Positions 1 to 12,300 are shown, counted from the stretch's first letter. The stretch is 64,000 bases of DNA from Pelagomonas calceolata (GCA_918797485.1 CAKKNE010000001.1:5766001-5830000), one strand, 5' to 3'. Program-made: numbers and translations. The notes: a model not told the origin generated them from the sequence alone.

Positions 1-1099
1 TCTCCGGGTGCGCAGGTCCAAGGACCCGCCGCTCATTCTTAAGGACGTCAGCTATTATCCTCTCTGCCTCCGCGACGTCTTCTCGTGAGGCAGCAGACCG
101 GAAGCATACATTGCCCAAAATTGCCCGGAGAGTTAGAACTCGTACATGGTTTAACTTCGCAGTGGGCCCCAAAACGCCTATTGCCATATCTATGGTCTGC
201 CGCAGGAATGACTTTGCCTCGGCGTGATGACCTAAAACGATGAGAGAATTCGCTAAGTTAATAGCAATCTGCAGCCGGCCCTCGAATGGATAGTTGAACG
301 CCTCCGCCTTGTAGTACATTTCGCGTTTCATTGACAGGGACTTTTCGTGCCAACGGAGGTCAGCATAGCAAGCGGCGATGTTCATCATTGTATTCAATTG
401 TAATTCTACCTTTGCTTTCTTATGTAAAGTCTGTAGCTCAGACAATTGCGCCTCGAAAACCCTGAGCGCTTCTTTGCTAAACTTCTCCTTCTCCTTCTGC
501 GGACTTCCCAGTGTAAACGCCGCTCGTAAACCTGATCCGAGTATGGCCATCGCATGGAACCGGTGACAGTCTGTTTTTTCCCTTTCCACGTACGTCTTCC
601 AGCACGCCCACCCAAGCGCACACAACACAACGCCGTGGTAGCGTTGCTCGCACAAGCTGCACGTGTGCCACCGTTCCCACCTCGCTTCCTTCGCCTTGAG
701 GCCCAAATTGTTCTCCTCGCCCTCCGCGACCAAAATCTTCGCCTGCTCCGCCAAGCACGATACATGGGCGAAGCCCGACGTCCCGCGGCACGCACACCCG
801 CGCACGAGGCCCTCCTTCGTCTTCCAATGGAGGGCCTGCGTGCAGATGTAGCACGTCTGGCCCTTCGTGTCCGCCGCGCATTTCTCGACCGCGGCCGCGA
901 CGGCCTCCTTGTATTTTTTGTCGGCGTGATATTGCTCCGCGTTGCCGCCGCGGTGTATTTTCTTACACATTTGCTTGTGGCCGCGGCGCCAGTGGTCATG
1001 TTGGCAAGTCGAGTCACAATAGCGAACTTTACAGCGTACGCAACGCGGCGCGTCGAGGGCCAGTGGGGCGGCGCAGGCGGCGCAAGTTGTGAGGATCAT
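1..1099 (-). CDS. MYND zinc finger + RING-variant + TPR-like protein (3' end runs off window)
   Basis: ATG at 1099, MILTTCAACAAPLALDAPRCVRCKVRYCDSTCQHDHW..H...C; then CYIC..GLVRGCACRGTSGFAHVSC; C-terminal RRVLGPAHPE. Paralogue of 38054-39229 and 57454-59243. Confidence 0.85.
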   Translation of the reverse strand, partial: MILTTCAACAAPLALDAPRCVRCKVRYCDSTCQHDHWRRGHKQMCKKIHRGGNAEQYHADKKYKEAVAAAVEKCAADTKGQTCYICTQALHWKTKEGLVRGCACRGTSGFAHVSCLAEQAKILVAEGEENNLGLKAKEARWERWHTCSLCEQRYHGVVLCALGWACWKTYVEREKTDCHRFHAMAILGSGLRAAFTLGSPQKEKEKFSKEALRVFEAQLSELQTLHKKAKVELQLNTMMNIAACYADLRWHEKSLSMKREMYYKAEAFNYPFEGRLQIAINLANSLIVLGHHAEAKSFLRQTIDMAIGVLGPTAKLNHVRVLTLRAILGNVCFRSAASREDVAEAERIIADVLKNERRVLGPAHPE

Positions 1100-1161
1100 T
1101 TTTTGATGGCGCCGAGTCGGCGAGGGTTAAGCGGGCGCGTTATGTGTTGGACGACTCGCAG

Positions 1162-1184
1162 GCTAGTGTCCTACGACCGCTAGC
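1162..1184 (+). promoter_or_regulatory. Conserved intergenic quasi-palindrome, copy 1 (gctagtgtcctacgaccgctagc)
   Basis: Matches 10 other copies; lies between divergent ATGs at 1099 and 1306. Confidence 0.7.
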
Positions 1185-1305
1185 TGCGAAATATAACTCA
1201 AACATTTGCTTGCTCCGCGCGCGCTCAGACGCTCAGGAGCGTCGCATATTTGCTGAAAGGACTCATTCTTATAGCCACATAATTCTGCTGGTGAGATTTT
1301 ACGCA

Positions 1306-4300
1306 ATGAGCACGCTCGCAGACCGGATAGCAGCCCGCAAAGCCAGGAAGGCGCGGCGCGAAGCGGAGGAGGCTGCGGCGGCGTCTGGAAGCGCGAGACC
1401 GCCAGCACCGCGAGACCCGGTCGCACCACCGGTCGCACCACCACCGGCGCCGCCGCGCGAGCGCCGGGCCGCAGCGGTGCCGGAACGCCGCCCGAGCGCC
1501 ACAGCCGTGCCAACACGGCGGCCGAGCGCCACAGCCGTGCCGGAACGGAGACCGAGTGCTGCGGACCGGCGAGACGCGCGAAGCGCCCCGCTCCCCGAGC
1601 GCGTCGAGCGGCTCGCGCGCGCGACCGAGGGCCTCGACGTGTCCGACTCGCTGCGCGCGCGCATCGAGCGGAGGAGACGGTCGAGCGGGCGCGCGGAGGC
1701 ACCACGAGCCGCGGAGCCGCCGCAGCGGAGACCGTCGCCGCCGCGGAGGACGGCGTCACCGCAAAGGCGGCGGTCGCCGGAGCGGAAGCCGCCGCCGCGG
1801 CCAGCGGTACCGCCGTCCCCGCTGACGGACGAGGAGGACGACGTGCCGCAGTCGACGCGCGACCGCGTCGCCGCGCTCGCCGAGCGAGCCAAGGAGCGCG
1901 CCCGCGACGCCATCCGCGAAGCGAGAGGCCCGCGCGGCGACCTGACCTTGGCCGCGATCGATTCATTAACGAGACAATACGAAGCGAAGAAGGAGGAGGC
2001 CTCGCGAAAATGTGCGTTAGCATTGGACGCCAAGCGCCGCTCCGTCAGTAAAGGCGCCGACGCTTTAGATAAGACCGCGTCGCTATGTAATGACATGGAC
2101 TCCACGTTCGAATCCCTGACGGAGAACGCGGCAAGAGCGCGCATTGAGCTAGAACAGTTCCCCCGCGCCGAGTTGGAAGATGCGAGATTAGCCGCGCGGA
2201 ACCTCGCGGCTCTACTTACGCAGTTAGATGTGTATGCGCAAATCCCGGAGAGATGTGCTTCGTTGCGAAATGATCTGAGGCAGAACTTCCCCCAATCTCT
2301 CGTATCGACCTATAAGAAGGCCATGGAGTTGGAATTGTGGCGCGCGGCGCTACAGCGACGTGTGAGCATCGAGACGGACCTCGCTCGATCAAGAGAAGCG
2401 TCCGGTGACCATGGAAATAAATCGGACTACGGGTTGGAGGAGTTAGCTGCCTTGTCTAGAACTCTATCTACACGAGTGGCCGCGGTTGCTGAACTAGTCC
2501 ACGACGTGTTTGATGCCGCTCGAGAACCGTTGGACGGAGACAACGCGTTGGAGCATGCTGTCAATGACGAGCCGCACTATGTGGTCGCCGCAGCGCGCGT
2601 CGTCGAACTGCACGCTAGACTGAGACGAACAACTCTGATACCAACGGCACTGGAGGACGCGAAACGTTCCGGCGAGGCGCCCCAGGAAGCTTTGGAACGG
2701 CTGCGCCATTCCTTGACGGGAGTTCCTGCGCGATCAGATGCCTTGCAACGCCTCTTCAAAGGCGCCCGAACACGGTGCATCCGCGTCTACGCGGAGACGC
2801 AGATGCGACTGGTGGATGAGGGTTCTTCGAGGGTCGAGGCTTCTCTCGGCGCCGCGTCGGCATGCTTAGATGATCTCAAAAGTTCACATGATAAGCTAAA
2901 GCCGTGCGTTCCGCCCAGATGGCCTTTGGTAAGAATCTACCGAGCAGCGGTGGAAGCACACGTCACGTCGCAGCTCCAGCCGTTCTGGTCTCGCGACGAG
3001 CTGGAAGTGGCGGAGCTCATGAAGGTCTACGAGTGGCTCCAGGCCTACAACGCTTTGGTGGATAAAATAGACCCCATTTGTGAAGAGGACAATTTCTCTG
3101 ATGACGATGATGAACTACCACCATTGACCTTCAGGGGACCCTCGTCCCTATTCAACGAAGCGGCAGAGAAGCTCATGGCGCAATATCTCGCAAGAGTCGG
3201 AGACCAGGTGGAGGGCTGGTTCGGCAACATCCGGGCCAAGAAGGCGGCGCCGAGGCTCGACGAGCATGGGCGACCCGTGACGACGCGGCCGGAAGACATG
3301 TTCCAGATCGTCCAGTTGCAAGTCAGTATTGCGAGGGAGCACGCGTTGAAGAGTGCGGACGACGGCGGCCAGCACGTCGCTACCGTTGTTTTGCGGTGTC
3401 TGGAGGAGCTACGCGGCGACGCGCGAAGATCCGTGGAGCGGGCGTCATTATGTACGGACGCCGTGTCGACCTATGTTGCTGAAGCGTACAAGGCGCGGCC
3501 GTCCGAAGATCAGAAGGAGAGTTCCTCAGATGATGATTTACAAAAGCCGCGGAACGCGCGGTCGTCTTCGTTGGGTTCGTACGGCGGCGCTGTGCCTTCG
3601 CTGGAGGTCGAGGCGTTGTGTGCCGTGGCGAATGACGGCCTGCGAGTGCAGGAGCGGTGCGAGACGCTCATCGAAGGTCTCAAGTGTAGAACGAAGGAAG
3701 GCGCGGCTCCACTGGAAGGGCCCGCGTTTCAGAGCGTAGAAGCGGTCAAGGACCAGGTCGTGGGCGACTACGCCGAAGCAGCGGTGTCCTGTTGCAAAGC
3801 GGCGGCGTGCGCACCGTTATGTGATCTACGGGACGCCATCTTCGCGCCTGACTCTGAGCATGCGTTATTTGGGGACTTGTGGGAGGCCGACGAAAGTCGG
3901 GCCGACGCGATTGACGTGGGCACGGAGACCATCGATGATTACTTACAAGACTTTAGATGTTGGCTGCCGTCGTACTTATACGCGAAGGTGGTCCGGGCGG
4001 CGTTCGACGGGTTGGTGCAGGCCTACGTGGATCGATTTTTGAGGAGTTCGAGGGACCCGGCGTTCCGGGACGGGGACCAGGCGGCCATGTTCGTACCTGT
4101 GTGCACAAATCGTCGCGCCGCACCCGACTCACTGGTTGATTTCTGCACAGGTTAGTGCTCAGGGACCAGAACCGATTACTAAGCTACTTCCTGCCGAAGT
4201 TCACGCAGGACGCCGACCTCGCGTCGGCGAACCTGCGAACGCCGGAGAGCGTCATGGAACGGACGGCCGTCCTGCGCACGCTGGCCGACGCGCTTTCATC

Positions 4301-4604
4301 ATCTCCGCCGGGGGACCTGGACGATCACGTGGTCGACGATTTATGTGCGCTGTTTGGGGGAGATGCACCTTTGGTGGTCGAGGCGATTCTGCGGCGGCAC
4401 CCGCAGTGTCGCAAGCGGAAGAACATTTTGAGCGAGAACGTGCGGCGCTGCGCCGAGGCCGCGCAGAAATGTGGTGATGGGCCGTTCCGGATGCCCGCCG
4501 ACGAGCCGCGGCGGGCGCCGCCGCGCTCCCCGCAGCGAAGGTTCCGGGCCGCGGCGCAGGCCGTCATCGCGGCGAAGCGGCTGGAGTCGCCGCGGAAGGA
4601 CTAG
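1306..4604 (+). CDS. SEC6: Exocyst complex component Sec6/EXOC3-like; exons 1306-4088, 4151-4604
   Basis: Long helical ORF with Sec6-like segments (PEDMFQIVQLQV, LCAVANDG, ETIDDYLQDFRCWL). Removing GT-AG intron 4089-4150 joins the two ORFs in frame (AAM|LVLRDQ). Confidence 0.75.
4089..4150 (+). mobile_element. Short introner-type intron (62 nt)
   Basis: Element CTGTG..CACAG (4097-4150) flanked by degenerate 8-bp TSD gttcgtac/gttagtgc. Its 3' 23 nt match the reverse complement of 7000-7022 at 21/23. Confidence 0.75.
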
Positions 4605-4733
4605 TCTTGCCGGGGGCGGCGTTTGCTGGTCCCGATGAATGTGGTAATGTGTTGTCACTATTGTCTATTGTCGATGTATAGGCGTTTACTCCAGGGATGC
4701 GACGGAGAAAAGAGGAGGAGAAGGCCTTCGTGC

Positions 4734-5393
4734 CTAGAGAGCGAGCGCCGCGAGCGCCGGCATCGCGAGGCCGGCCGCGAGCGCCGTGGCCCCATCCGAG
4801 TGGTGGGGCGCCGGCACGGGCGCAGGCGTCGGCTGGCAGCGAGCGTCGTCCGCGTCCAGGGTCACGACGTCGTAGTAAGTTAGGTTGTTCGCGAACGTGT
4901 ATGTCTCGTCTTTTTTATCCCCTTCCTGGAGCGTCGCGCTCGCCACGAGGTCTTGACACGCGTCGCCGCAATCCCCCGTGAACCCGACAAAATCCACGCG
5001 CGTCTGGTGGTTGACACCGCTCTCGTCCATGTTGATGCTGAACTTGTCGAGGAGCGCTCCGGTCGCCGCGTCGAAAACGCCGAGGACGGTAGAATACCAA
5101 TCCCACGAAGTCCCAACGATGAACTGGTCGTCCGGGGACCAAGCCGCCCTGATTTGGTACCAATCGTCGCCGGGCGTGTCGAGTAATAAAATCAAAAGTG
5201 CGCGCGCGACGAGACGAGTGCCGGGCGGGCTGTCGACGACGGATAATAATTCCTCAATACAAACATCGACTCTTCTCCGGTCCGCCTCGCGTTGTAATTC
5301 TGCTCTACTTTTGAAGGCGTTCCTCACGCCGCGGGCCGCGCCATGTATTAATCCGCTCGACTGGCGCGGGAAGGCGATGCCGTGGCGGGGCAT
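4734..5393 (-). CDS. Hypothetical protein with Pro-rich linker and hydrophobic (GPI-like) C-terminus; N-terminus uncertain
   Basis: 219-aa ORF ending PTPAPVPAP...ALAAGLAMPALAALAL. Confidence 0.45.
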   Translation of the reverse strand: MPRHGIAFPRQSSGLIHGAARGVRNAFKSRAELQREADRRRVDVCIEELLSVVDSPPGTRLVARALLILLLDTPGDDWYQIRAAWSPDDQFIVGTSWDWYSTVLGVFDAATGALLDKFSINMDESGVNHQTRVDFVGFTGDCGDACQDLVASATLQEGDKKDETYTFANNLTYYDVVTLDADDARCQPTPAPVPAPHHSDGATALAAGLAMPALAALAL

Positions 5394-5783
5394 CGTTCTC
5401 GACGTCCGGCCCTGAAATTGCTCGCGGCGGCGGCGCGTGGCGTAGTCAGCCGTCCGCGGCGACGGCGCGGTGGCCGCGGGTGGCGCGTAAGGCGCGTTTC
5501 CTGGGCTGGCCTTTAGCTAATGCCTAGCTGAACCTCTCGCGCTAGTCGTCGCGGGCGCGTTTTCGTTTCTCCAAGCGTCGAGGCCGTGTGAGGTCTACAC
5601 GACGACGATTGAACGGGCACCGCGTCGTCGTGGCGGCCCGTTTATTTCGCCAGACTTAGGCCAGCAGGAGGCACAGGCAGAGTCGATTATTTCAGGCGTT
5701 CTTGGACGAGTTTCAATGCCTCTACAGGCATACGCAAGAGAAAAAAAAAGCGGGACGACGCTTTCCTGCGAAGCGTACTTCGT

Positions 5784-5807
5784 GCTAGTGTCTTACCGGC
5801 CACTAGG
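5784..5807 (+). promoter_or_regulatory. Conserved intergenic quasi-palindrome, copy 2 (gctagtgtcttaccggccactagg)
   Basis: Motif match; divergent intergenic region. Confidence 0.65.
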
Positions 5808-6085
5808 CACACAGGATTAGGCCTGAGCCGGTTTTGCTCAAAATCGCTGCCATCCGACACGCGTGAGCGGCTGGTACTTGTAGTTACAACATAATCGCTG
5901 CAGCCGCAGCAGCGCCAGACGATCGCGTGCGCTCAAAAGCCTGCAGCGGCCGTGCAAAGCTGTGTTAGCCAACCGCGCGCTCGCGAGAGATCTCCGAGCG
6001 CACGCGCGCGGCGCAGCTGCAGCGGTACGCATCAGGACGAGACAAAAATAAATCAGCGCGGCATCGCTGCAAAGAAACAAAACCC

Positions 6086-9000
6086 ATGGCCGCGACGCCC
6101 GACTTAGTGCCGGTCCTCGCGGAAAACCTGCGAAGTTTATATTTGGGCACCGACGATGCGGCGCGACGACGCGCGGACCACTTCCTCCAGAAGATCCAGC
6201 GGGGCCCGGAGTCCTGGGCATTAGCTGATGCTATTTTGGGCGGCCGGACGCCGTTCGCGCCGAACCCGCCTAATCTGGATGCGGACGCCGTCTCACCACA
6301 TGCTGTGACATTTGCGTCCATGACGCTGCACTGCAAGGTGTCTGGTGATTTACATGAACTGAGCGGCGACCAGGCGTCCGCACTCAGACAAGCCGCTCTG
6401 GCGCATCTCGACACGTGGTCGGCTCAAAACGTGCCGATTGCGGTCCCGAAGAAGCTTTGTTTGGCCGTTGCCGCTTTAGCCGTTTCGACGTCCTGGGAAG
6501 GGGCGTTGCCTCATGTCCAGAACTCCTTGCAAGGTAGTGACGCGGACGTCGACAAAGCGTGTCGGACAAGAGCGGTAGCTGTGGAACTCCTAGCCGCTCT
6601 ACCGGAGCAGTGCTTCTCGAAGCAGTTCAACGTGCCTCTGTCGCGGAGGGAGCACTTCAATAGGTATCTGAGAGATGCTTCAGCAGGCGTGCTAGACGTC
6701 CTCACGTCTCTGGTGGGGTGGGCGTCCTCCACAGCAAGGTCAACCTCCCCGTCTGGAGCGGACCGCCTCACGGTGGCGGCCTTCGAGTGTTTGAGCGCGT
6801 GGATCTCGTTCTGCGACATCCCGCCCGAGAAATTGGCTCAGTCACCTTTATTCGCCGGCGCGTTTGATGCCCTAGATCACCCTTCCCTCTTCGAGGTGGC
6901 TACGGATGTCGTCGTTGAAAGTTTGAGAAGGTTCGACTGTCGGGACCCGCGGTGTGCTCCCCTCATAGGGCTGGTGGCGCCGCGCATCATGGCCCCCGCC
7001 TGTGTGGAAATCAACCAGTGAGTTAGGTTTCGTGAGCCTCCACGCCATCGAGCCGAGGCAGGAATGGACGCAGCATCGCGTCGATGGCGTGGAATCGCCA
7101 CGCCATCGCGCAGACGCAGTTACGGGGACGACGTCGTTTCGATGGCGTGGGGCGTCCGAAACTTGATTTCCACACAGGCCCTCGCTCCCAGACTGGAAAG
7201 AGCAAAACAATCTGAGGACGACGACGAGGGTCTAGGTTTATGTAGGTTATTCTGCGAGATGGGCGAGGCCTACCTGCCCATGATCGCGTCGGAACGGGAC
7301 TGCAACCAGGCGTCTATTGTGGAAGTGCTCATGGCCTGCACGGAGTTCCCGTCGCGGAAAGTCAGCCAAGTACCCTTTCGGTTCTGGTACCACTTAGCAA
7401 AAGCCATCTCGAAGACGGAGGACGCGGCCCTGCAGCAGAAGCTTCGTGGGGTGATGTCTTCGACCTATGTCCGGTTGGCGCGGTTATGTGTCCGACTCTC
7501 AGCGCGAACGGAAAACGACTTGGATGGCGAGGACAAGGACGCCGATAGCGACGAGTACGAGAGCCATCGGCAGGACCTGTTCGAGGCGTTGGGCGACTGC
7601 TGCTGCGTCATCGGCAACCAGGCGGTGTTGGAAGCGATCGCGGAGGAGCTGAAGGTCGCTGCTGCACCAGAACATGCGACGAATGATGGCATTGAGTCAT
7701 GTTTGTTCGCGCTGCGGGGCGTGGCCGATTATGTGGGCCATTCTGATAACAACGTCATCGAGCCTGCTTTACAATTAACATGTACCTTACCGCAAGACTG
7801 GCGCCGGGCTCGACGCCAAGGCGCCGTGCTCATCGGCTCCTACGCGAAGTGGCTGCAGCGGCATCCAACGACAATCCAGCCCTGCGTCCAGTTTCTCCTC
7901 GAAGAGTTGAGTCAGGAGGTCCGCGCACCGACACGACGAAGGAGGGAGCCGTCGGCGTCGCGAGCAGCACGAGCGTTGACGGCTCTGTGCCATCGCTGCG
8001 CCGCGGAGCTCGCAGCAGCAAACTTCGTGCAGGTCCGGGACCAGATCGTCAATAATGTGCCTCTTAAGGACGAACTGTCTGTCCTGGAGGGTCTGGGCGC
8101 CGTCGTGGCGGCGTCGGCGACGTATGAGTCAGTAGTGCAGGGCACGCAGATGCTCGCGCGGCCCCCTGCTGAAAGTTTGGCGTTGCTAGCCCAATCGGAC
8201 AACGCCGAACCGCGTTCCGTAGCGCACGAATTGGATCGGCTGACGGCGGTCATGCGCTGCGCGTCGCCTTCCTCGCAATTGTTGAACGGGCGGCCGCATC
8301 CCGTGCTAGAAGTCTTCGCGAACCTGTGGCCGGTCTTCGAGGCCGTCTCCATCAAAATGAAAACGTCTCACTTGGTGATAGAGAAGTTGTGTCGCTGCTA
8401 CAAGCACGCCATGAGAAGTTGTAGAAAGCACTTCGAGCCGATGCTCGATCGCATGACGGCCCACCTCATCAAATCGCTGCAGGACGGCGTCCAGAATGCC
8501 GGTTCTCCCACTCTACAAGACGGTTCGAGGCACTCCGCCTCGGCTCCCTTGTCATCCTTCGTGTACTGCTGTAGTATATGTATTACGGAGTTCGGCGACG
8601 AGGCGAGGATGATTCCGAAGCTCTTCGAGATGGTGTCCTCCGTAAGTCAGGCGTGCTTCGCGTTATTACAATCTCCCCAACACTTCGCGGAGCATCCCGA
8701 TTTGGTGGAAGAGTATTTCTACCTCGCCAGTCGCTTCCTGGACTATTGTCCTGGTAGCTTATTGTCATCGCCGTTGTTGGGACACATCCTCCAGTCGGCG
8801 TCGACGGGGCTGCGGGTCGAACATCGCGAAGCGTTGCGCGGCGTCTTGCATTTTTGTGGCGAGTGCACGGCGGCGGCCGTGCTCGCGCTGAAGAAGTCGG
8901 GCGATCCCCTGCCGCCCGCGATGTCTTCAGATGAACCCCTACAAGCGAGGGACGCTCCTAGAAGTCAAGAAGATGTCGACCTGGCTCGTTCAGCGGCGCA

Positions 9001-9352
9001 ATCTGTAAGACGCTTGCTCGTGGACCAGGACGGCGGCCGCGCTTTGGTCGACGGGTTGCTCGCGGCCTTGTCCGGCGACCTGCCGGCCCAGTTCCTCGAG
9101 GAGGGGCGCGGTTCGCTCTTGGGCTGCCTCTGGAAGCTGCGCCTCTTCTGCCCGCCGGACGTGTTTGCGCGGTGGTGCGGCGCGTCGCTGGAAGTTATCA
9201 CGGCGAACTTCGCGTCCACCGAAATCGCGGGCGATTTGCTGAACGCGGTGTCCGTCGACCCGCCGCGGCGCGACGCGTTCCACGACGCGTTCGTCGTCTT
9301 CGCGCGGTGCTTCCAGACGAACAAGCGGGGGCGGCGGCGGAGCCACCGGTGA
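6086..9352 (+). CDS. TNPO3: Transportin-3/MOS14-like importin-beta; exons 6086-6991, 7178-9352
   Basis: HEAT/importin features (ADHFLQKIQRGPESW, LCRLFCEMGEAY, EKLCRCYKHAMR, HPDLVEEYF). A GC-AG intron at 6992-7177 joins the ORFs in frame. Confidence 0.85.
6992..7177 (+). mobile_element. Introner element (186-nt intron; non-autonomous DNA transposon)
   Basis: Perfect 15-bp TIR CTGTGTGGAAATCAA (7000-7014) / TTGATTTCCACACAG (7163-7177); 8-bp TSD gcccccgc (6992-6999) / gccctcgc (7178-7185). Confidence 0.9.
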
Positions 9353-9648
9353 TTATTTGCTGGCTCTAGGGTTTTCTAATGATATTTTAGTATTCTGCTC
9401 GACGCGTCTTCTTCGCAACTCGAGCATTCTAGTGACCGATATTTGAGCTAGTTGTAACCCACTAGATTTCGTGCGGCTCTTGACGTGCAAGCCGATCATT
9501 GCAGCCCCTCACGCCATCAGCGCTGCCCAACCTGCGCACACATCGTATCCATAAGTTCTGCGCGTCGTGACTGAGCCTGAAGCCCTTGCGAACGAAGCAG
9601 CCCATTGCGCCACACACTGCAAAGAGCACCACAGTGCAAAGAGCAATC

Positions 9649-11038
9649 ATGCTCCGCCGCCGCCGCGCGGCCAAAACCGCGCACGCCGTCCCACCGCATG
9701 CCCAATTCGAGAAGGACGATGCGAAGCGGATAAAAAAGAGCCTGCGCGACCTCGTGCACTCCGAGGCGCGCGGCATGTACGCCGTTCCCGCGCCGGCGAC
9801 GTCGATGGAGATCGCGTCCTTGCTCTGCGTGCCGCCCGAGCACGTCTGGGACCGCGCCGTCACGATCTTCATGGCCGTCAATCTGTACTGCAGTCTGCTG
9901 ATGACGACGGCCGTCGCGCTCGCGTTAAATCCGCTCAAATTGTCGAAGGAATCAAATTACTGGCTGGCCTTCGCCTACAACACGCTGCTCGCACGGACGC
10001 TGTGTCCTTGTTTTGGATGGCGTCAGCTCCACGCCATCGACGCGACGCGGTTCCGTTCGCGCAGGCTGCCCTCGCGGCGCTGTCGGTCATGTCGACGATG
10101 ATCACTCTTTTTTCTATATTAGCGTGCAGCGGCTCGACGCCCGAGACGATTTATGCGGCCGTCGCGCGCGCGGGCTTCTACGTCAAATTTATTTCCTTGC
10201 TCTGGTGGCAGACGCTGATCATGTTGGCGCTCGTGAGCGTCGCCGCGTGGCTCAAGTCCGGTTGGTTGGGAGGTGCTGTCGCTACCGGTGTTGTGTTCGT
10301 GGTTTTCCAGTTGCTGCAGCACGTCTTTTTCATCTGGGGCAACGACGCCTTCCCGCATATCGCGATGCCCTGGAACCCCATCGGCGCACCTTTATTAGAT
10401 AAGCCGCGAGATCGGCGAAGAGCGGAACACAGGGCGCGGACCATGGTCGCGAACGCCGAACCTTGGTTGGGCGATATTGCACGCCGGGTCGCGACGGAGG
10501 AGCCCAAGGCCGAGGACACGGACGACGAAGGTGAGAGTTGGGAGGACTCAAAAAAGCCGACGGACGACGGCGCGCTGGACCACATCGTCGCGTCCGCCCT
10601 GAAAGGCGCCGTGCCTTCTCGTAGAAGCGCCGTGCGCGACCTGCTTTTATCTAATGGCGTGACGAGCGACGTCCTGATCCACGCGTCGGGCTCCGCGGCG
10701 GGCGCGCAGCTCGTGCTCCACGCGCTCGACGAGCTCGCCGAGCGCCACACGCCGAACGGACTGTGCTTTCCTGCGTCCTTTTTTACGCCGTCGTCGCGTC
10801 GATGGCGTGGAGGTTTTACGCCGTCGCCGCGGCCGCCGCGTACCCTTGACATCGACGCAGGCACGTTGGCGAGCGGCTCGCGCTGGCGACCGAGGTCTCG
10901 CACATCGTGAGGCGCTACGCCGTCGACGCGACGACGGACGAGACGCCCGCCCAGCCGCCGGTGACGCCCCCGCCGCCTCCTGGTACGCCAACAACCCGTT
11001 CGAGAGCAACGAGTCCGAAAGGGGACCCAGGGGAATAA
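9649..11038 (+). CDS. Hypothetical multi-pass membrane protein; exons 9649-9990, 10065-10762, 10861-11038
   Basis: Hydrophobic segments. Two motif-bearing introns (GC-AG 9991-10064, GT-AG 10763-10860) restore one frame to TAA at 11036-11038. Confidence 0.6.
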
Positions 11039-11068
11039 TACGCCCGAACACAGTTACACACACGAGGA

Positions 11069-11239
11069 GCTAGCTCGTCGCCGCGCGCGCCGCGGCCGAC
11101 GCGTCCGCTGCTGCCCCTGTCGCCCCACACCACTGGGGGACCCCGGCCCAAAGCGGGGAGTAACGGTACGCACAGTTTTTACACTCTCGAACGAACGCGG
11201 CTAGCTCGTCGCCGCGCGCGCCGCGGCCGACGCGTCCGC
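11069..11239. repeat. 40-bp exact direct repeat (11069-11108 and 11200-11239) duplicating a gene's 3' end
   Basis: gctagctcgtcgccgcgcgcgccgcggccgacgcgtccgc is present twice, 131 bp apart. Confidence 0.9.
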
Positions 11240-11776
11240 GGCTAAATTAGACGCCTCGCGCTGCGCGACCTGGTACTTGTCCTTGACGGCGAGCATGCGG
11301 ATGGCATCTTCCTCTTCTTGCGAGATGAAGGGTGAAGGAGGAGGTAAATTGGCCAGGGCCGCCGACGCGCGCTCGCAGGCCGCCTTGCGCTCTTCGTACA
11401 ACCCGACGAGCTGCTCGAAATCATATTTCTCCTCGGGCTGCAGCGCTTCCGTCGTCAATGAAGCTTTCAGCTTCGAGATCGCGTCGTCGTAATCCCTCGC
11501 TAACTGATCTAACGCTCGTACTTGTTTCCCGTCGTCCTCGACGGTCTTGCGGCACTGGCGCTTGCATCTCAATTTCAACTCGACGTCGGGCCCGCCCTCG
11601 TCGAGCATCTTCTTGCCCCGGTTCGCGGTGTCTATCCTTTCGTTCGCGACGCGCGCGGCCTCGCCCATGGCGTCCTGGACCTGTGCGTTTTTTTTTAATC
11701 GTAGGGTGAGGCGTTTCGTTGCGACGCGTGCGGCTGCTGCGGCGTCGCGCGCAGCGCTGTCCACCAATGATGTCAT
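11201..11776 (-). CDS. Hypothetical coiled-coil protein
   Basis: ORF from MTSLVDSAAR; helical and charge-rich. Confidence 0.6.
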   Translation of the reverse strand: MTSLVDSAARDAAAAARVATKRLTLRLKKNAQVQDAMGEAARVANERIDTANRGKKMLDEGGPDVELKLRCKRQCRKTVEDDGKQVRALDQLARDYDDAISKLKASLTTEALQPEEKYDFEQLVGLYEERKAACERASAALANLPPPSPFISQEEEDAIRMLAVKDKYQVAQREASNLAADASAAARAATS

Positions 11777-11930
11777 GCGGATTTGTCTGATAAAGGGGGA
11801 AAGGTTTGGCTGCCGACGCTGCAGCGTACGGTCTTGAAGAAATCCATGGCTGTGCTGTTGCTGCGTCTGCGTCGAGCGAAATGCAGCTCTATTGGCAGCC
11901 TGGGCTTTTTCCAAGCAGCTTGCTTGGCTT

Positions 11931-11953
11931 GCTAGTGTCTTACGGCCGCTAGC
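11931..11953 (+). promoter_or_regulatory. Conserved intergenic quasi-palindrome, copy 3 (gctagtgtcttacggccgctagc)
   Basis: Motif match; divergent intergenic region. Confidence 0.7.
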
Positions 11954-12300
11954 GCGCGTGAACACGCCGCCGACCCGTCGCCACGAATCGCACACCGCGT
12001 GCTCCCGGTGCCGACGACTAGCAACTTTTCATCTGCTTTTACCCGAGCGCTTTTCATGCAGCCCCCCACTGGCACTTTGGTAAAGGCCGTCTCTCTCGCG
12101 CAACCGCGACCTTCAGACGCCGCCGGAGGTTGGTCCACACGCGCCACATCACTCCCGCGAGAGGCCGTCGCCGCGCCCGCCGCCCTCCAGCCCAAAACCC
12201 CAGGCACAGAGGCAGCCCAAAGCAACCACACCCAAACGCCGCCGCCGCGCCACGTTTGGAAGGGCAGCCCCGCCGCATCCATCGAAACGACGCGCGGACC

